NCBI GenBank assembly: GCA_963698765.1
Contig: CAVOSB010000029.1
Coordinates: forward strand, 142,860-206,859
Length of the DNA stretch: 64,000 nucleotides
Direction: 5' to 3'
Origin: an uncultured Chloroflexia bacterium
GTDB lineage: Bacteria > Chloroflexota > Anaerolineae > Anaerolineales > UBA4823
The notes below the pieces were generated by a model. That model ran no database searches. It had not been told where the DNA came from and saw only the letters and a list, made by a program, of their open reading frames with translations. Below are positions 24,212 through 34,467 of this stretch, one piece after another; within the stretch, counting starts at the first letter, position 1, and the number at the start of each line of letters is the position of its first letter. The position numbers were made by a program, and so were the translations under genes.

Positions 24212-25066
24212 GTGACAGTCACACACCACCCGGTTCAATTTGAGTCTCCCAGAGGTCATCATCACCCAACAAGACCCGTATTTTTCTTTCGAACAGCTGG
24301 CCGGCTGATATTTATCCTTCTTATAACAGTGCTTATATCAGCCTGCAGTCCGACCGGTCCTGCAGGAAGCAGATTCACAACCCCGATCCCCACACAGCTC
24401 TCTGCAACAGACACACCGACATTTGTCTGGTTTCCTCCCACTGCAACTGCAACACGCTCGACCACAATTTCGAGAGGCAGCACACCCACCCCACAGCCGC
24501 CGCTGGAGCATGGGGAACCGGTTTTCTCGGACGATTTCAGCAGCCTCGATAACTGGGAAACCGGCGAGTCTCCTGAAGGGAGCATCTCACCCGGAATCAA
24601 CGAGCTGAGCATGGCTGTCATCCAGCCGCGTGGCTTCCTTTTCAGCATTCTGAAGGACTTTTCGGAAAATGATTATTATTTAGAAATTACCGCCAATCCG
24701 ACAATCTGCCGGGGCAATGATGAATATGGAGTGCTGGTGAGGGTCTCTTCAACTCAGGATTTATTCCGCTTCGCCCTTACCTGCGATGGACATGCCCGGC
24801 TTGACCGGGTGTTGAAGGGACAGGCTTCGGCCTCAATTCCTCCCATTCTAAGTGCTGCCGTACCTCCTGGCGCTCCCAGCCGCTCCCGGTTGGGTGTATG
24901 GGTGAAGGGAAACGAGCTTCGATTTTATGTCAACGGGCAGCACCTTTTCGACATAAATGATGCTTCCCTGCTGAATGGCGGGCTGGGAGTTTTCACACGG
25001 GCAGGAGGCGAGGACCGCGTGACTGTAAATTTCTCCGATTTGATCATTTATAGCTTACTTGATTGA
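24212..25066 (+). CDS. Lipoprotein with P/T-rich linker and ConA/LamG-like (DUF1080-like) domain
   Basis: Lipobox ISAC, PT repeats, FSDDFS...FYVNG...GGLGVF. Confidence 0.7.
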   Translation: MTVTHHPVQFESPRGHHHPTRPVFFFRTAGRLIFILLITVLISACSPTGPAGSRFTTPIPTQLSATDTPTFVWFPPTATATRSTTISRGSTPTPQPPLEHGEPVFSDDFSSLDNWETGESPEGSISPGINELSMAVIQPRGFLFSILKDFSENDYYLEITANPTICRGNDEYGVLVRVSSTQDLFRFALTCDGHARLDRVLKGQASASIPPILSAAVPPGAPSRSRLGVWVKGNELRFYVNGQHLFDINDASLLNGGLGVFTRAGGEDRVTVNFSDLIIYSLLD

Positions 25067-25072
25067 CAAGAG

Positions 25073-25906
25073 ATGTCCAAACGCACTTTCGTAAACCGCC
25101 TGAACGAATTGGATCCAAAAACCTGGTTGAAATTCCAGAAGTCATGGTTCATCCACACCCCGCCGCCCAGGCATGATGAGCTTCTGCGCCACCCGGCAAA
25201 ATTCCCGGAGACGCTGGCGCAGGAATTTATCGAATTCTTCACCAAACGTGAACAGGTTGTCCTGGATCCAATGGCTGGAACTGCCAGCGCCCTGGTTGGT
25301 GCCCTGCGGTCAGGTCGCCACAGCTTCGGGATCGAGCTAAATCCCGATTACGCCGAATTAGGCCGGAAAGTGATCGAGCAGGAACGGACATCCCTTGGTA
25401 AAAGTTGTACGGGACTGAAATCGGAGATAATCCTGGGAAATGCCGGACAATATCCGGCGCTTTCGGCGCTCCACCAAATCCCAGTCATAGATTATGTGAT
25501 CACTTCACCTCCATATTGGAATATGCTGCGCAGCTATGGAGCACAGACCCAGAAAAACCGGCGCAGTTCCGCCTCCCTGGACGTCTTCTACTCCGAGGAT
25601 CCTGCAGACCTCGGAAATATCGACGAATACGATCTTTTCCTGTTCCAGCTTGTGGAGATCTATGCAGGCCTGAAACCTTTCCTGAGACAGGGGGCATACC
25701 TGACGATCATAGTTAAGAATATTAAAAAAGGCGGCAAGATTTATCCCCTGGCCTGGGATCTCAGCCGGAGTCTCGGCAAGATATTCACTTTGAAGGATGA
25801 ACGAATCTGGTGCCAGGACGACATCCGGCTTGCGCCGTATGGCCTGGGAAACGCCTGGGTCAGCAACACATTTCACCACTACTGCCTTCAATTTAGGAAC
25901 GATTAA
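25073..25906 (+). CDS. Orphan amino (N4-C/N6-A) methyltransferase, probably acting on DNA
   Basis: HPAKFP, VLDPMAGT (SAM motif I), GIEL, TSPPY (motif IV). Confidence 0.82.
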   Translation: MSKRTFVNRLNELDPKTWLKFQKSWFIHTPPPRHDELLRHPAKFPETLAQEFIEFFTKREQVVLDPMAGTASALVGALRSGRHSFGIELNPDYAELGRKVIEQERTSLGKSCTGLKSEIILGNAGQYPALSALHQIPVIDYVITSPPYWNMLRSYGAQTQKNRRSSASLDVFYSEDPADLGNIDEYDLFLFQLVEIYAGLKPFLRQGAYLTIIVKNIKKGGKIYPLAWDLSRSLGKIFTLKDERIWCQDDIRLAPYGLGNAWVSNTFHHYCLQFRND

Positions 25907-26042
25907 CAGTAATCTTAAAATTTTCCCACCTCGGAATGTTTCCGTGTACAATTTCCTTACAGCAGTGAGTCCTACCAGATCTGCCCCGGGCGGTGTGCGT
26001 CCGGAACCTAAGACAGAACACTCACTGTAAAGGAAGGTTATC

Positions 26043-26465
26043 ATGTACCACACTATCATCATCGTAGGAAACCTGGGTCGCGATCCTGAGATGAGATATC
26101 TCCCCAGCGGCCAGGCAGTTTGTGATTTGAGCGTCGCCACCAATCGTCAATACAACAATTCCAGCGGTCAGCAGGTCAAGGAAACCATCTGGTTCAGGGT
26201 TTCTGTCTGGGGAAAACAAGCTGAAACTACCAACCAATATCTTAAGAAAGGCAGCAAAGTCCTGGTGGAAGGTCGGTTGAATCCCGATCAAACTACTGGA
26301 GGTCCGAGAATCTGGACACGCCAGGATGGTACACCGGCTGCATCTTATGAAATTTCCGCCAACACGGTTCGTTTCCTGTCGAGCCGAGGAGAAGATCAAG
26401 GCGCATACCAATCGGATGAAGCCCTGGCTCCGCAAACCGGGGACTCCGAAGAAATCCCCTTCTAA
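26043..26465 (+). CDS. ssb: Single-stranded DNA-binding protein
   Basis: IVGNLGRDPEMRY, KGSKVLVEGRL, acidic tail EEIPF. Confidence 0.95.
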   Translation: MYHTIIIVGNLGRDPEMRYLPSGQAVCDLSVATNRQYNNSSGQQVKETIWFRVSVWGKQAETTNQYLKKGSKVLVEGRLNPDQTTGGPRIWTRQDGTPAASYEISANTVRFLSSRGEDQGAYQSDEALAPQTGDSEEIPF

Positions 26466-26482
26466 GAAATTCTATCTCAACG

Positions 26483-26517
26483 ACAAGGCAGCTGACTCAT
26501 TTCATCAGCTGCCTTGT
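26483..26517 (+). terminator. Hairpin after ssb
   Basis: 13-bp stem ACAAGGCAGCTGA/TCAGCTGCCTTGT with a weak U-tract. Confidence 0.55.
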
Positions 26518-26548
26518 TACGCATTTCATCTCCCTGGAGCAAAATTCT

Positions 26549-26908
26549 ATGACCGACTTACCACCAAAAGGTCCGGACCGCGTGGCTCCACCCATGGAGC
26601 TCCCTCCCGATCTGGAAATTGAATATGTGAATATGGTGCGTATTTCCCATTCTATCTCGGAGCTTGTTTTTGATTTCGCCCGGCTCCTGCCCGGAGAAGG
26701 AAAAGCCCATATCAGCTCTCGCATCATCATGTCGCCGCTTTCCGCTAAACTCTTTTTCCGCGCCCTGACGGACAATCTCAGCAAATATGAATCGGTTTTT
26801 GGCGCCGTAAATCTTCCCGGTGACCCCACACTGGCCGATAACCTTTTCCGCCCTTACAATTCACCAGACAAACCACCTGCAACACCTGAAGCACCTGAAG
26901 CAGAATGA
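26549..26908 (+). CDS. DUF3467-like protein
   Basis: YVNMVRISHS..ELVFDF...RIIMSP..AK.F..AL..N...YE..FG. Confidence 0.8.
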   Translation: MTDLPPKGPDRVAPPMELPPDLEIEYVNMVRISHSISELVFDFARLLPGEGKAHISSRIIMSPLSAKLFFRALTDNLSKYESVFGAVNLPGDPTLADNLFRPYNSPDKPPATPEAPEAE

Positions 26909-26917
26909 GAATCCAGT

Positions 26918-27556
26918 ATGGATAAAATTGAAGGCATTGCAGAGCGCATCCGTGCTTCTTTCGAAAAACGCACCCAGGCCCGAGACCGGGCATTAGCCCA
27001 GACCCGCACGTTAATCAGGCACTGTTCACATGCCATCCGGGCAATCCACCGCGACGAACAGGATACCGCCAGCGAAAACATCCAACAGGCCAAGGAGCTG
27101 GTCGGTTTGCTTCAATCGGAGCTCGGCCAATATGGTGATTTGTACCACGCTGGTTATACACAGGATGCCCTTAAGGAATTTGCAGAAGCCAGCATCCTGT
27201 ACTCGTTGGTCCTGTTCGACCAGTTGCCAGATCCGGAAAGCCTGAACGTCGGAGAAGCCACCTACCTGCAAGGGCTGGCAGAAGTCGCCGGCGAGCTCAG
27301 GCGCCGCTGCCTGGACAATCTACGGCACGGCGACACTCACCAGGCGGAAAAACTCCTGGATTACATGGATGAAATTTATGCCATCCTGATCACGATGGAT
27401 TACCCGGATGCGATCACGGGTGGGCTTCGCCGGTTGACGGACATCGTCAGGGGAGTTACCGAACGCACGCGCGGCGACCTGACCATCAGCCTGCGCCAGT
27501 ACCAGCTGGAGCAGCGCCTGGCAGAGCTTGAGAAGCACCTGGTGAATTCCGCCTAG
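26918..27556 (+). CDS. Translin/TRAX-family protein (archaeal C3PO-like)
   Basis: All-helical 212 aa; AIRAIHR, QDALKEFAEA, YLQGLAEVAGELRR, LRRLTDIVR. Confidence 0.82.
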   Translation: MDKIEGIAERIRASFEKRTQARDRALAQTRTLIRHCSHAIRAIHRDEQDTASENIQQAKELVGLLQSELGQYGDLYHAGYTQDALKEFAEASILYSLVLFDQLPDPESLNVGEATYLQGLAEVAGELRRRCLDNLRHGDTHQAEKLLDYMDEIYAILITMDYPDAITGGLRRLTDIVRGVTERTRGDLTISLRQYQLEQRLAELEKHLVNSA

Positions 27557-27558
27557 AA

Positions 27559-27795
27559 ATGCGCACCATCCGGGCTTCAGAAATCGGTACTTACCTGTTC
27601 TGCCAGCGCGCCTGGTGGTATCTCAAACAGGGCTCTCAATCGACAAACCTTCCAGAAATGGCCGAGGGCACCGAATTCCATTACCGGCACGGGCGAATGG
27701 TGTTTTCTCTGGGATGCCTGCGAGTGCTGGCATATTCTTTGTTGCTCATCTCCCTGGCACTCGGGGCGATCTACCTGACTCGCCGGTTTCTATAA
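27559..27795 (+). CDS. N-terminal fragment of a Cas4-like nuclease with a C-terminal TM helix
   Basis: IRASEIGTYLFCQRAWWY and MAEGTEFH match the Cas4 N-terminal motif; hydrophobic tail. Confidence 0.7.
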   Translation: MRTIRASEIGTYLFCQRAWWYLKQGSQSTNLPEMAEGTEFHYRHGRMVFSLGCLRVLAYSLLLISLALGAIYLTRRFL

Positions 27796-27841
27796 TCCCA
27801 TCCCGAGCACATGCCACAGACTCACCTGCGAGGTTCCCTGG

Positions 27842-28355
27842 TTGTTAACCCTTTCGATCGCTTTTTTCCTCATCGCAGTGGTCGTGCTGTGGATCGTGGG
27901 AAAACGTCAAAAATCGCTCGGCTTACCCGCTGGGAAGATCATCACTGCCGACACCCGCCAGTGGGTGCCGGTGCAAAAGGCTCTTTATGATCCAAACTCA
28001 GGACTCACCGGACGGCCAGATTATCTGGTCGAGCATTCCGGTAAAGTGATACCCGTAGAGGTCAAATCACAACGGGTGGAGGCTGGACCTTACGACGCTC
28101 ACATCTACCAGCTGGCTGCATACTGCCTGCTGGTAGAACGACTCTATAAGCAGCGCCCAGAATTTGGAATTCTGCATTACCAGAACCGGACGTATGAAAT
28201 CGAATTTACTTCGCAGCTGGAATCAGAATTGTTGGTTTTACTGGAAGAGATGCGGCTGATGGGAAGAAAAAAGTCGCTTGACCGGTCGCATCGAGTCCGT
28301 CAAACGCTGCCAGGGATGCGGCTTCCGCTCAACCTGTGACCAGAGACTTCTGTAA
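27842..28355 (+). CDS. Cas4-like PD-(D/E)XK nuclease with an N-terminal TM helix (3' indel near 28292)
   Basis: LTGRPDYLV, PVEVKS, QLAAY; alternative frame ends KRCQGCGFRSTCDQRLL*. Confidence 0.82.
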
Positions 28356-28370
28356 TATAATACTCGCGAC

Positions 28371-29243
28371 ATGCCAGCGGAAAAGAAATATTTCGAAAGA
28401 GTCGCCGTGATCGCTCATCCGCAGCTGGATGAAGCGGCACAAGAAGCAGCCCAGGTGGCTGCATATCTTAATTTACATGGCATTTTCTCCTCGCAGGGAT
28501 ATTTACAGGACGAAATCCTGTACACCGGGATCAAAAACAAAGAGTATGACCTGATCATCGCACTGGGTGGTGATGGGACCATGTTGAGGGCGGGCCATCT
28601 TGGAGGGCAGGCAGGCGTTCCGATCCTGGGCATAAACCTGGGTCGCTTTGGCTTTTTGACCGAGGTCAACCAGGATCAATGGCGCAAAGTGCTGCCGGAG
28701 ATCATCGCAGGCCGCTTCTGGATCGAACGGCGGATGATGCTGAGTGCTGAACACTGGCGCGCTGAGACCTTGCTTGGGAAGTGGGAAGTATTGAATGAAA
28801 TCGTAGTATCGCGCGGGCAGTTTGTGCGTCCGGTTCACCTGGCAGCCGAGGTGGATGGACGTTATCTGACCACCTATGTTGCCGATGGCTTGATAGCTGC
28901 AACTGCGACAGGGTCAACGGCCTACGCCCTGGCAGCAGGAGGGCCGATCTTGCATCCGGAGCTAAGGAACATTTTACTGGTGGCAGTCGCTCCTCATTTA
29001 TCGGTCGATCGAGCAATTGTGCTCGCCGAAGGATCGAAAGTAAGCATCCGCATTCTGACCGATCACCATGCAGTTCTATCACCTGACGGGCAATTACCGG
29101 TCAACCTGCTGGATGGTGACCGGGTTGACGCCTTCGCAGGTGAACATTCCGTACAATTCATACGCAATCAAGACCCCGGCTATTTCTACCGCAACCTCAC
29201 ACCACACATGAGCAAAAACCCCTCCACTGGAAACCATCGATGA
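28371..29243 (+). CDS. nadK: NAD kinase
   Basis: LGGDGTML, GINLGRFGFL, LNE, ADGLIAATATGSTAYALAAGGP. Confidence 0.95.
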   Translation: MPAEKKYFERVAVIAHPQLDEAAQEAAQVAAYLNLHGIFSSQGYLQDEILYTGIKNKEYDLIIALGGDGTMLRAGHLGGQAGVPILGINLGRFGFLTEVNQDQWRKVLPEIIAGRFWIERRMMLSAEHWRAETLLGKWEVLNEIVVSRGQFVRPVHLAAEVDGRYLTTYVADGLIAATATGSTAYALAAGGPILHPELRNILLVAVAPHLSVDRAIVLAEGSKVSIRILTDHHAVLSPDGQLPVNLLDGDRVDAFAGEHSVQFIRNQDPGYFYRNLTPHMSKNPSTGNHR

Positions 29244-29755
29244 CAGAAGAGATCACCACGCTTTTTTGTTATAACCATCCCACTGTTGCCACAGGCCTGC
29301 GCTGCAATAACTGCGAAAGACCGATCTGTCCGAAATGTGCAATTTTGACACCGACCGGCTACCGTTGTAAAGAGTGTATACGTTCGCACCAGAAAATCTT
29401 CGAGACCGCCGAATGGTATGATTTCCCGCTGGCATTTATCGTGGCTGCGGTTCTCTCATACCTGGGAAGCCTGATCGCGTCTCGCATTGGATTTTTTATC
29501 ATCTTCATCGCTCCAATTGCCGGGATGATTGTCGCTGAAGCCGTCCGTTTTGTAGTTCGAAAGAGACGCTCCCGTAAACTCACGATTTTATCCGGAATAG
29601 CAGCCGCGCTGGGAAGCACATTCACAATCCTCATGGTTCTCGTTTTCTATGGCGGTTTCGGATTGTTGTCTTTACGTCTTCTTTGGCAGGGGATTTATGC
29701 CTTTACGGTGACTTCTACGGTGCTCTATCGGCTGGGAGGTATCCGAATCAAGTAA
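29240..29755 (+). CDS. B-box-like zinc finger membrane protein
   Basis: CYNHP...RCNNCERPICPKC...GYRCKEC followed by about 4 TM segments. Confidence 0.75.
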   Translation: MTEEITTLFCYNHPTVATGLRCNNCERPICPKCAILTPTGYRCKECIRSHQKIFETAEWYDFPLAFIVAAVLSYLGSLIASRIGFFIIFIAPIAGMIVAEAVRFVVRKRRSRKLTILSGIAAALGSTFTILMVLVFYGGFGLLSLRLLWQGIYAFTVTSTVLYRLGGIRIK

Positions 29756-31485
29756 TGCTGGTACAGCTGCACATCGAAGATTTCGCCATTATCGACCGCC
29801 TGGACGTAGAGCTTAAATCCAGCCTGGTGACGTTCACCGGTGAGACAGGAGCGGGAAAGTCGATCATCATCGACGCAGTCGAAACGATCCTGGGGGGCAG
29901 GGCGGATGCGACCCAGGTACGCACCGACGCTCAGCGTGCCAATGTCGAAGCGCTTTTTCAAATCCCTGAATCCTTACAGCCGCACTTGCATGCCATTTTG
30001 CGGCGGGAAGAGCTGCTGGACCAACCGGATATGCTCAGTATGGGCCGAGAAATCCGCTCCAATGGACGCAGCATCGCCAGAGTAAACGGGCGGGTGGTAA
30101 ATGTAAGCCTGCTGCGGGAAATTGGGGAGCTCCTGGTTGACGTCCACGGTCAATCGGATCATCTATCTTTGCTCAAAGTCAATCAACATCTTGGACTGCT
30201 GGACCGCTTCGCCTCGACCGATCCTCAGAATCCGCTCAAGGATCTGCTGCCCAAATACCAGCTTGCGTATCACCGCCTGCAAACCGTCGACCATGAGATT
30301 CAGCGTATACACCAGGCAGAGCAGGACGCTGCCCGCCGGACCGACATGCTTCGCTATCAGATCAACGAGATCCTCTCTGCGCATCTCACCACTGGTGAGG
30401 AAGAAGAGCTGCTCGGTGAAAGGAACCGGCTCAGCAATTCCGAAGTCATCTCCTCCCTTGTGCAGTCCTCGCTGGTTGCGTTGGATGAAGGCACACCTGA
30501 ATCCCCTTCCGCCTCCGACTTGATCGGGCAGGCAGTGACAGGCCTTACCAGCCTGGCACGCTACGATCCGTCGCAAGAAGCAATGCGGGACCAATTTGGG
30601 ACGTTGTTTGAGAGCCTCAGCGATCTGATCCATACCTTGCGTTTATATCTTGAGGGCATTGAGTTTAATCCGAGGCGTCTTGACCAGGTCGAAGAACGGC
30701 TGGCATTGATCCATTCTTTGAAAAGAAAATACGGCGAGACAGACGAAGCAATCCTGGATTACGCGCAGGAGGCTCAAAATCAGCTGGAAGAGATCTCCAC
30801 TTCTGCCGATCGACTCCTGGAGCTGGAGAAGGAGAGAGAATCCCTGGTGGAGACATTGGGTGAAACCGGCTGGGCGCTTTCCCAGGCACGACATTCAGCT
30901 GCCAGGGAATTGGAACGCCTGGTCGAAACTGAGCTCCAGGAGTTGCAGATGTCGGGCGCCCGCTTTCAGGTGAGTTTTTTGCAAGTACCCGATCCCCAGG
31001 GTGTACCAATTCCTGGAGGTACTCTCATGGCGTATTATCCCCAGGGTCTTGAGAAGACCGAATTCTTGATAGCTCCTAATCCGGGTGAAGGGTTCAAACC
31101 CCTGGTAAAGATCGCCTCGGGAGGCGAAACTTCCCGGCTGATGCTGGCTCTCAAGAACGTGCTGATCCAGGCTGACCACATACCTACCCTCATCTTCGAC
31201 GAGATCGATCAGGGTATAGGCGGCAGGGTTGGCAGCGTCGTAGGTCTGAAACTCAAACACCTGGGTCAGAAGCACCAGGTGCTGTGCATCACTCATCTAC
31301 CGCAGCTCGCTGCTTTCGGTACACAGCATTTGCATGTAGAAAAACAGCTCGCAGACGGGCGCACAAGCACCAGGATCAAGGACTTGAAGGGTGAAGAACG
31401 TCTTATTGAGCTTGCCCAGATGTTGGGAAACCTGAGTCAAAGCACCCTGCAATCTGCTCGAGAATTGCTGTCTCAGGCTGAGTAA
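29755..31485 (+). CDS. recN: DNA repair protein RecN
   Basis: TGETGAGKS, VDVHGQ, IASGGETSR, IFDEID, CITHLPQ. Confidence 0.96.
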   Translation: MLVQLHIEDFAIIDRLDVELKSSLVTFTGETGAGKSIIIDAVETILGGRADATQVRTDAQRANVEALFQIPESLQPHLHAILRREELLDQPDMLSMGREIRSNGRSIARVNGRVVNVSLLREIGELLVDVHGQSDHLSLLKVNQHLGLLDRFASTDPQNPLKDLLPKYQLAYHRLQTVDHEIQRIHQAEQDAARRTDMLRYQINEILSAHLTTGEEEELLGERNRLSNSEVISSLVQSSLVALDEGTPESPSASDLIGQAVTGLTSLARYDPSQEAMRDQFGTLFESLSDLIHTLRLYLEGIEFNPRRLDQVEERLALIHSLKRKYGETDEAILDYAQEAQNQLEEISTSADRLLELEKERESLVETLGETGWALSQARHSAARELERLVETELQELQMSGARFQVSFLQVPDPQGVPIPGGTLMAYYPQGLEKTEFLIAPNPGEGFKPLVKIASGGETSRLMLALKNVLIQADHIPTLIFDEIDQGIGGRVGSVVGLKLKHLGQKHQVLCITHLPQLAAFGTQHLHVEKQLADGRTSTRIKDLKGEERLIELAQMLGNLSQSTLQSARELLSQAE

Positions 31486-31525
31486 GCACCCCGATCTCTT
31501 TCAAGAATCCGGTCATGCGCAAACC

Positions 31526-34467
31526 ATGACAACCACTACTCAGATCACCCAGATGCGGCAGCGGCGAAGGGCAGCTCTTCGCCGGAATCCAACCAGGAAA
31601 ATTGGCCAGGGCTGCGGTTTTGCGCTCGGGATTTTGATTGCTCTTGGTGCGTTTTTTGCTTCGCTTGCCTATTCCAGCCTGGTTCAAGATATCCCCTCAA
31701 TCGACGCGCTTCCTACCCTCTTGCAGCCACCGGATGGAAACCTGCTCGAGCCTACCCGGTTTTACGACCGCACTGGCGAACACATGATCGCCGTGCTGCA
31801 AAATTCACTATCCACTGGGTCGGATTATCTCTTCCTGGCGAGCGATTCACCAAAGCAGCTCATACCGACCACCGTGATCTCCGCCACGCTCGCCTCCACC
31901 GATCCTGCCTTCTGGCAGCATGTTGGATTCACTTTCTCAGGTTTGTTTCTAGAAAACCAGCCAACACTCGCCCAGAGTCTGGCATTAGAATTCCTGCTGC
32001 CGGGAGAACTGGACGGGTGGCGGGCGTCGCTGCGAAATAGAGTGCTGGCGTTCCAGCTTACCAGCCGTTACGGTCGGAACCAGGTGCTTGAATGGTACCT
32101 GAACAGCGCCGATTACGGCCACATGGCTTACGGGGTGGATGCAGCTGCCAGGTTTTATCTCGGCAAATCCGCAACGGGCCTCAGCCTGGCAGAAGCGGCA
32201 CTTTTAGCCGGAATTCCCGCTAATCCGGCGATAAATCCACTCGACGATCCACTCGCGGCACTCGAACGTCAAAAATCTGTCATCCTGAAGATGCTTGAAT
32301 ACCGGCTAATCAGTCCCCAGGACGGCATCATCGCGACGCGTGAGCAGCCTGCCATGCGCGCCGCGCTCTCTAATCAGGAACAATTCAATCTTAAAAATCC
32401 TCAAAATAATATCACCCCGGTTTTTATGCACCTTGCGCTGTCTCAGCTTCAGACCCAATTCAGACGCTCGCAGATCGAGCGCGGTGGCCTACGCGTGATC
32501 ACGACCCTGGATTTCGACCTTTACCAAAAAATCGACTGCACAGCGCGGTACCAGATAGCACGCCTGGAAAAACAGGCTGGGACTGTTTCAATCAATGCGG
32601 AAAATTGCCCGGCGCTCGGCCTGTTGCCAGAATTACCGCCTTCAGTAAATTCTGGAGTTCTGAATCCACAGATAGAGCTGCAGATACTCGATCCACGCTC
32701 CGGGCAAATTATGCTCATGTCCAGATACCCGGTCTCGGATACTGATTTTTCTTCATTAAAACCTCACCCTGTTGGTACTCTATCAACTCCATTTATCTAC
32801 CTTGCGTCCTTCACGCAGGGCTTCAGTCCTTCCACATTGGCCTGGGATATACCTCCAGGTGATTCATATTCGGATGTAGAAAATTTCAACGGGCAATATC
32901 ACGGACCAGTCCGCCTGCGAACAGCACTTGTCAATGACTACCTGGTACCCACAGCGGGGCTTCTCGACCAGGTCGGTGCAGCAGATATCCTGCGCATTTC
33001 CCGGCAGATCGGCCTGCTGCCTGAGGGTTTTACGCCTTCTCCAGGTTCATCACCTCTGGATTTGTTCGGTGAAATCAGCCTGATACAGGCCGCACATGCA
33101 TTCGGTGTGTTCGCCAATCAAGGGGTACGTGCCGGTCGCGATCTGTCTGGTCCGCCAATGGCATTTATCGGCGAAACAACCAATGGAGAGTTGAGCTCAA
33201 CGGCCATCCTGAAGTCGAAGATTACCACGGTAATGTCATCCTCGATTGGAGTGAAGCTGAAACCCAGCCGATCTTGATTCCCCAGCTTTCTTATTTGATC
33301 ACGGATGTGCTGGCCGATGAACCAGCCCGCTGGCCGAGCCTCGGCAGTCCCAATTACCTGGAGATCGACCGGCCGGCAGCCGTGAAAATTGGGCGGACGT
33401 TGGACGGTGGAAGCAGCTGGGTGCTGGGCTACACCCCCCAACTGGTCGTCGGTTTATGGGCAGGCTCACAGGGCAGTGGCTCTGCCGAACAGGCTTCTCC
33501 CCAACTCGATGAAGGTTATGAAGAAGCGGCAATCGGGTTATGGTCGGCGGTTGTGAAGTCCGCCCATCAGAACCTGCCTTCTGAAAACTGGTCGGTTCCA
33601 TCCGGCTTGAGCTTTATCGAAGTCTGCGATCCTTCTGGCATGCTCCCAACCTCTGAATGCCCCGCAGTGGTCAAAGAAGTCTTTCTGGAAGGAACTGAAC
33701 CACTCCAGGAGGACACTCTCTTCAGAACACTTCAGGTAAACCAGGCCACGGGATTACTGGCCTCCCTCTTCACACCGCCGGATTTGTTGGAACGGCGTGT
33801 TTTCATGGTTCTTCCCCCAGAAGCGCAGCTATGGGCGCAGACATCCGGATTGCAGCTTCCACCTGACAGCTACGATCCCATCCCAAACAGCCAGCAAAAA
33901 TGGGAGAATGCAGCCATTCATTCGCCCGGCATGTTCGAGGTCGTACGCGGCGTCGTTTCGATTACCGGTACCGCGGCTGGCCCGGATTTTTCCGGATACC
34001 GTTTGCAGATTGGAAGCGGGCTGAGTCCGCAGTCCTGGTATCAGACTGGTGAAGATTTTGCCTCCCAGGTCGTAAATGGGGATTTAGGGTTTTGGGATAC
34101 GACGGGACTTGACGGCCTGTATGCTATTCAGCTGCTGGTCATTCTTCAGGATAAAAGCGTACAGCGTTTTGGCGTCCTGGTGACTGTGGATAACCAGCCG
34201 CCGGCGGTTGAAGTCGCGCATCCATTCGATGGTGCGCACTTCTCAACCAATAACAAACCTGAGCTGCTGGTGGAAATTCAAGCACAGGACAATCTCGAAT
34301 TAGATACAGTATCGATCTTTTTAGATGGCCAGCTGTTGGCCACTCTTCAACAGCCTCCGTTTGCAGTCTTATGGAAAACAACGCCAGGGGAACACACCAT
34401 CCGAGTCGTCGCATTCGACCAGGCCGGGAACCAGAGTGAGCAGACAATCCATTTCACTGTGGATTAA
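31526..34467 (+). CDS. Class A PBP-like protein (transglycosylase + transpeptidase folds + C-terminal Ig-like domains) with degenerate active sites; indel near 33215
   Basis: FYDRTG, LEWYLN, YGVDAAARFYLGK, LSLAEAALLAGIP, VITTLD, YHGPVRLRTAL, GYTPQLVVGLW. Confidence 0.8.

Noticed and set aside
27559-28370. CRISPR-Cas locus
   Set aside because: No repeat-spacer array and no cas1/cas2 or effector genes seen in the window.
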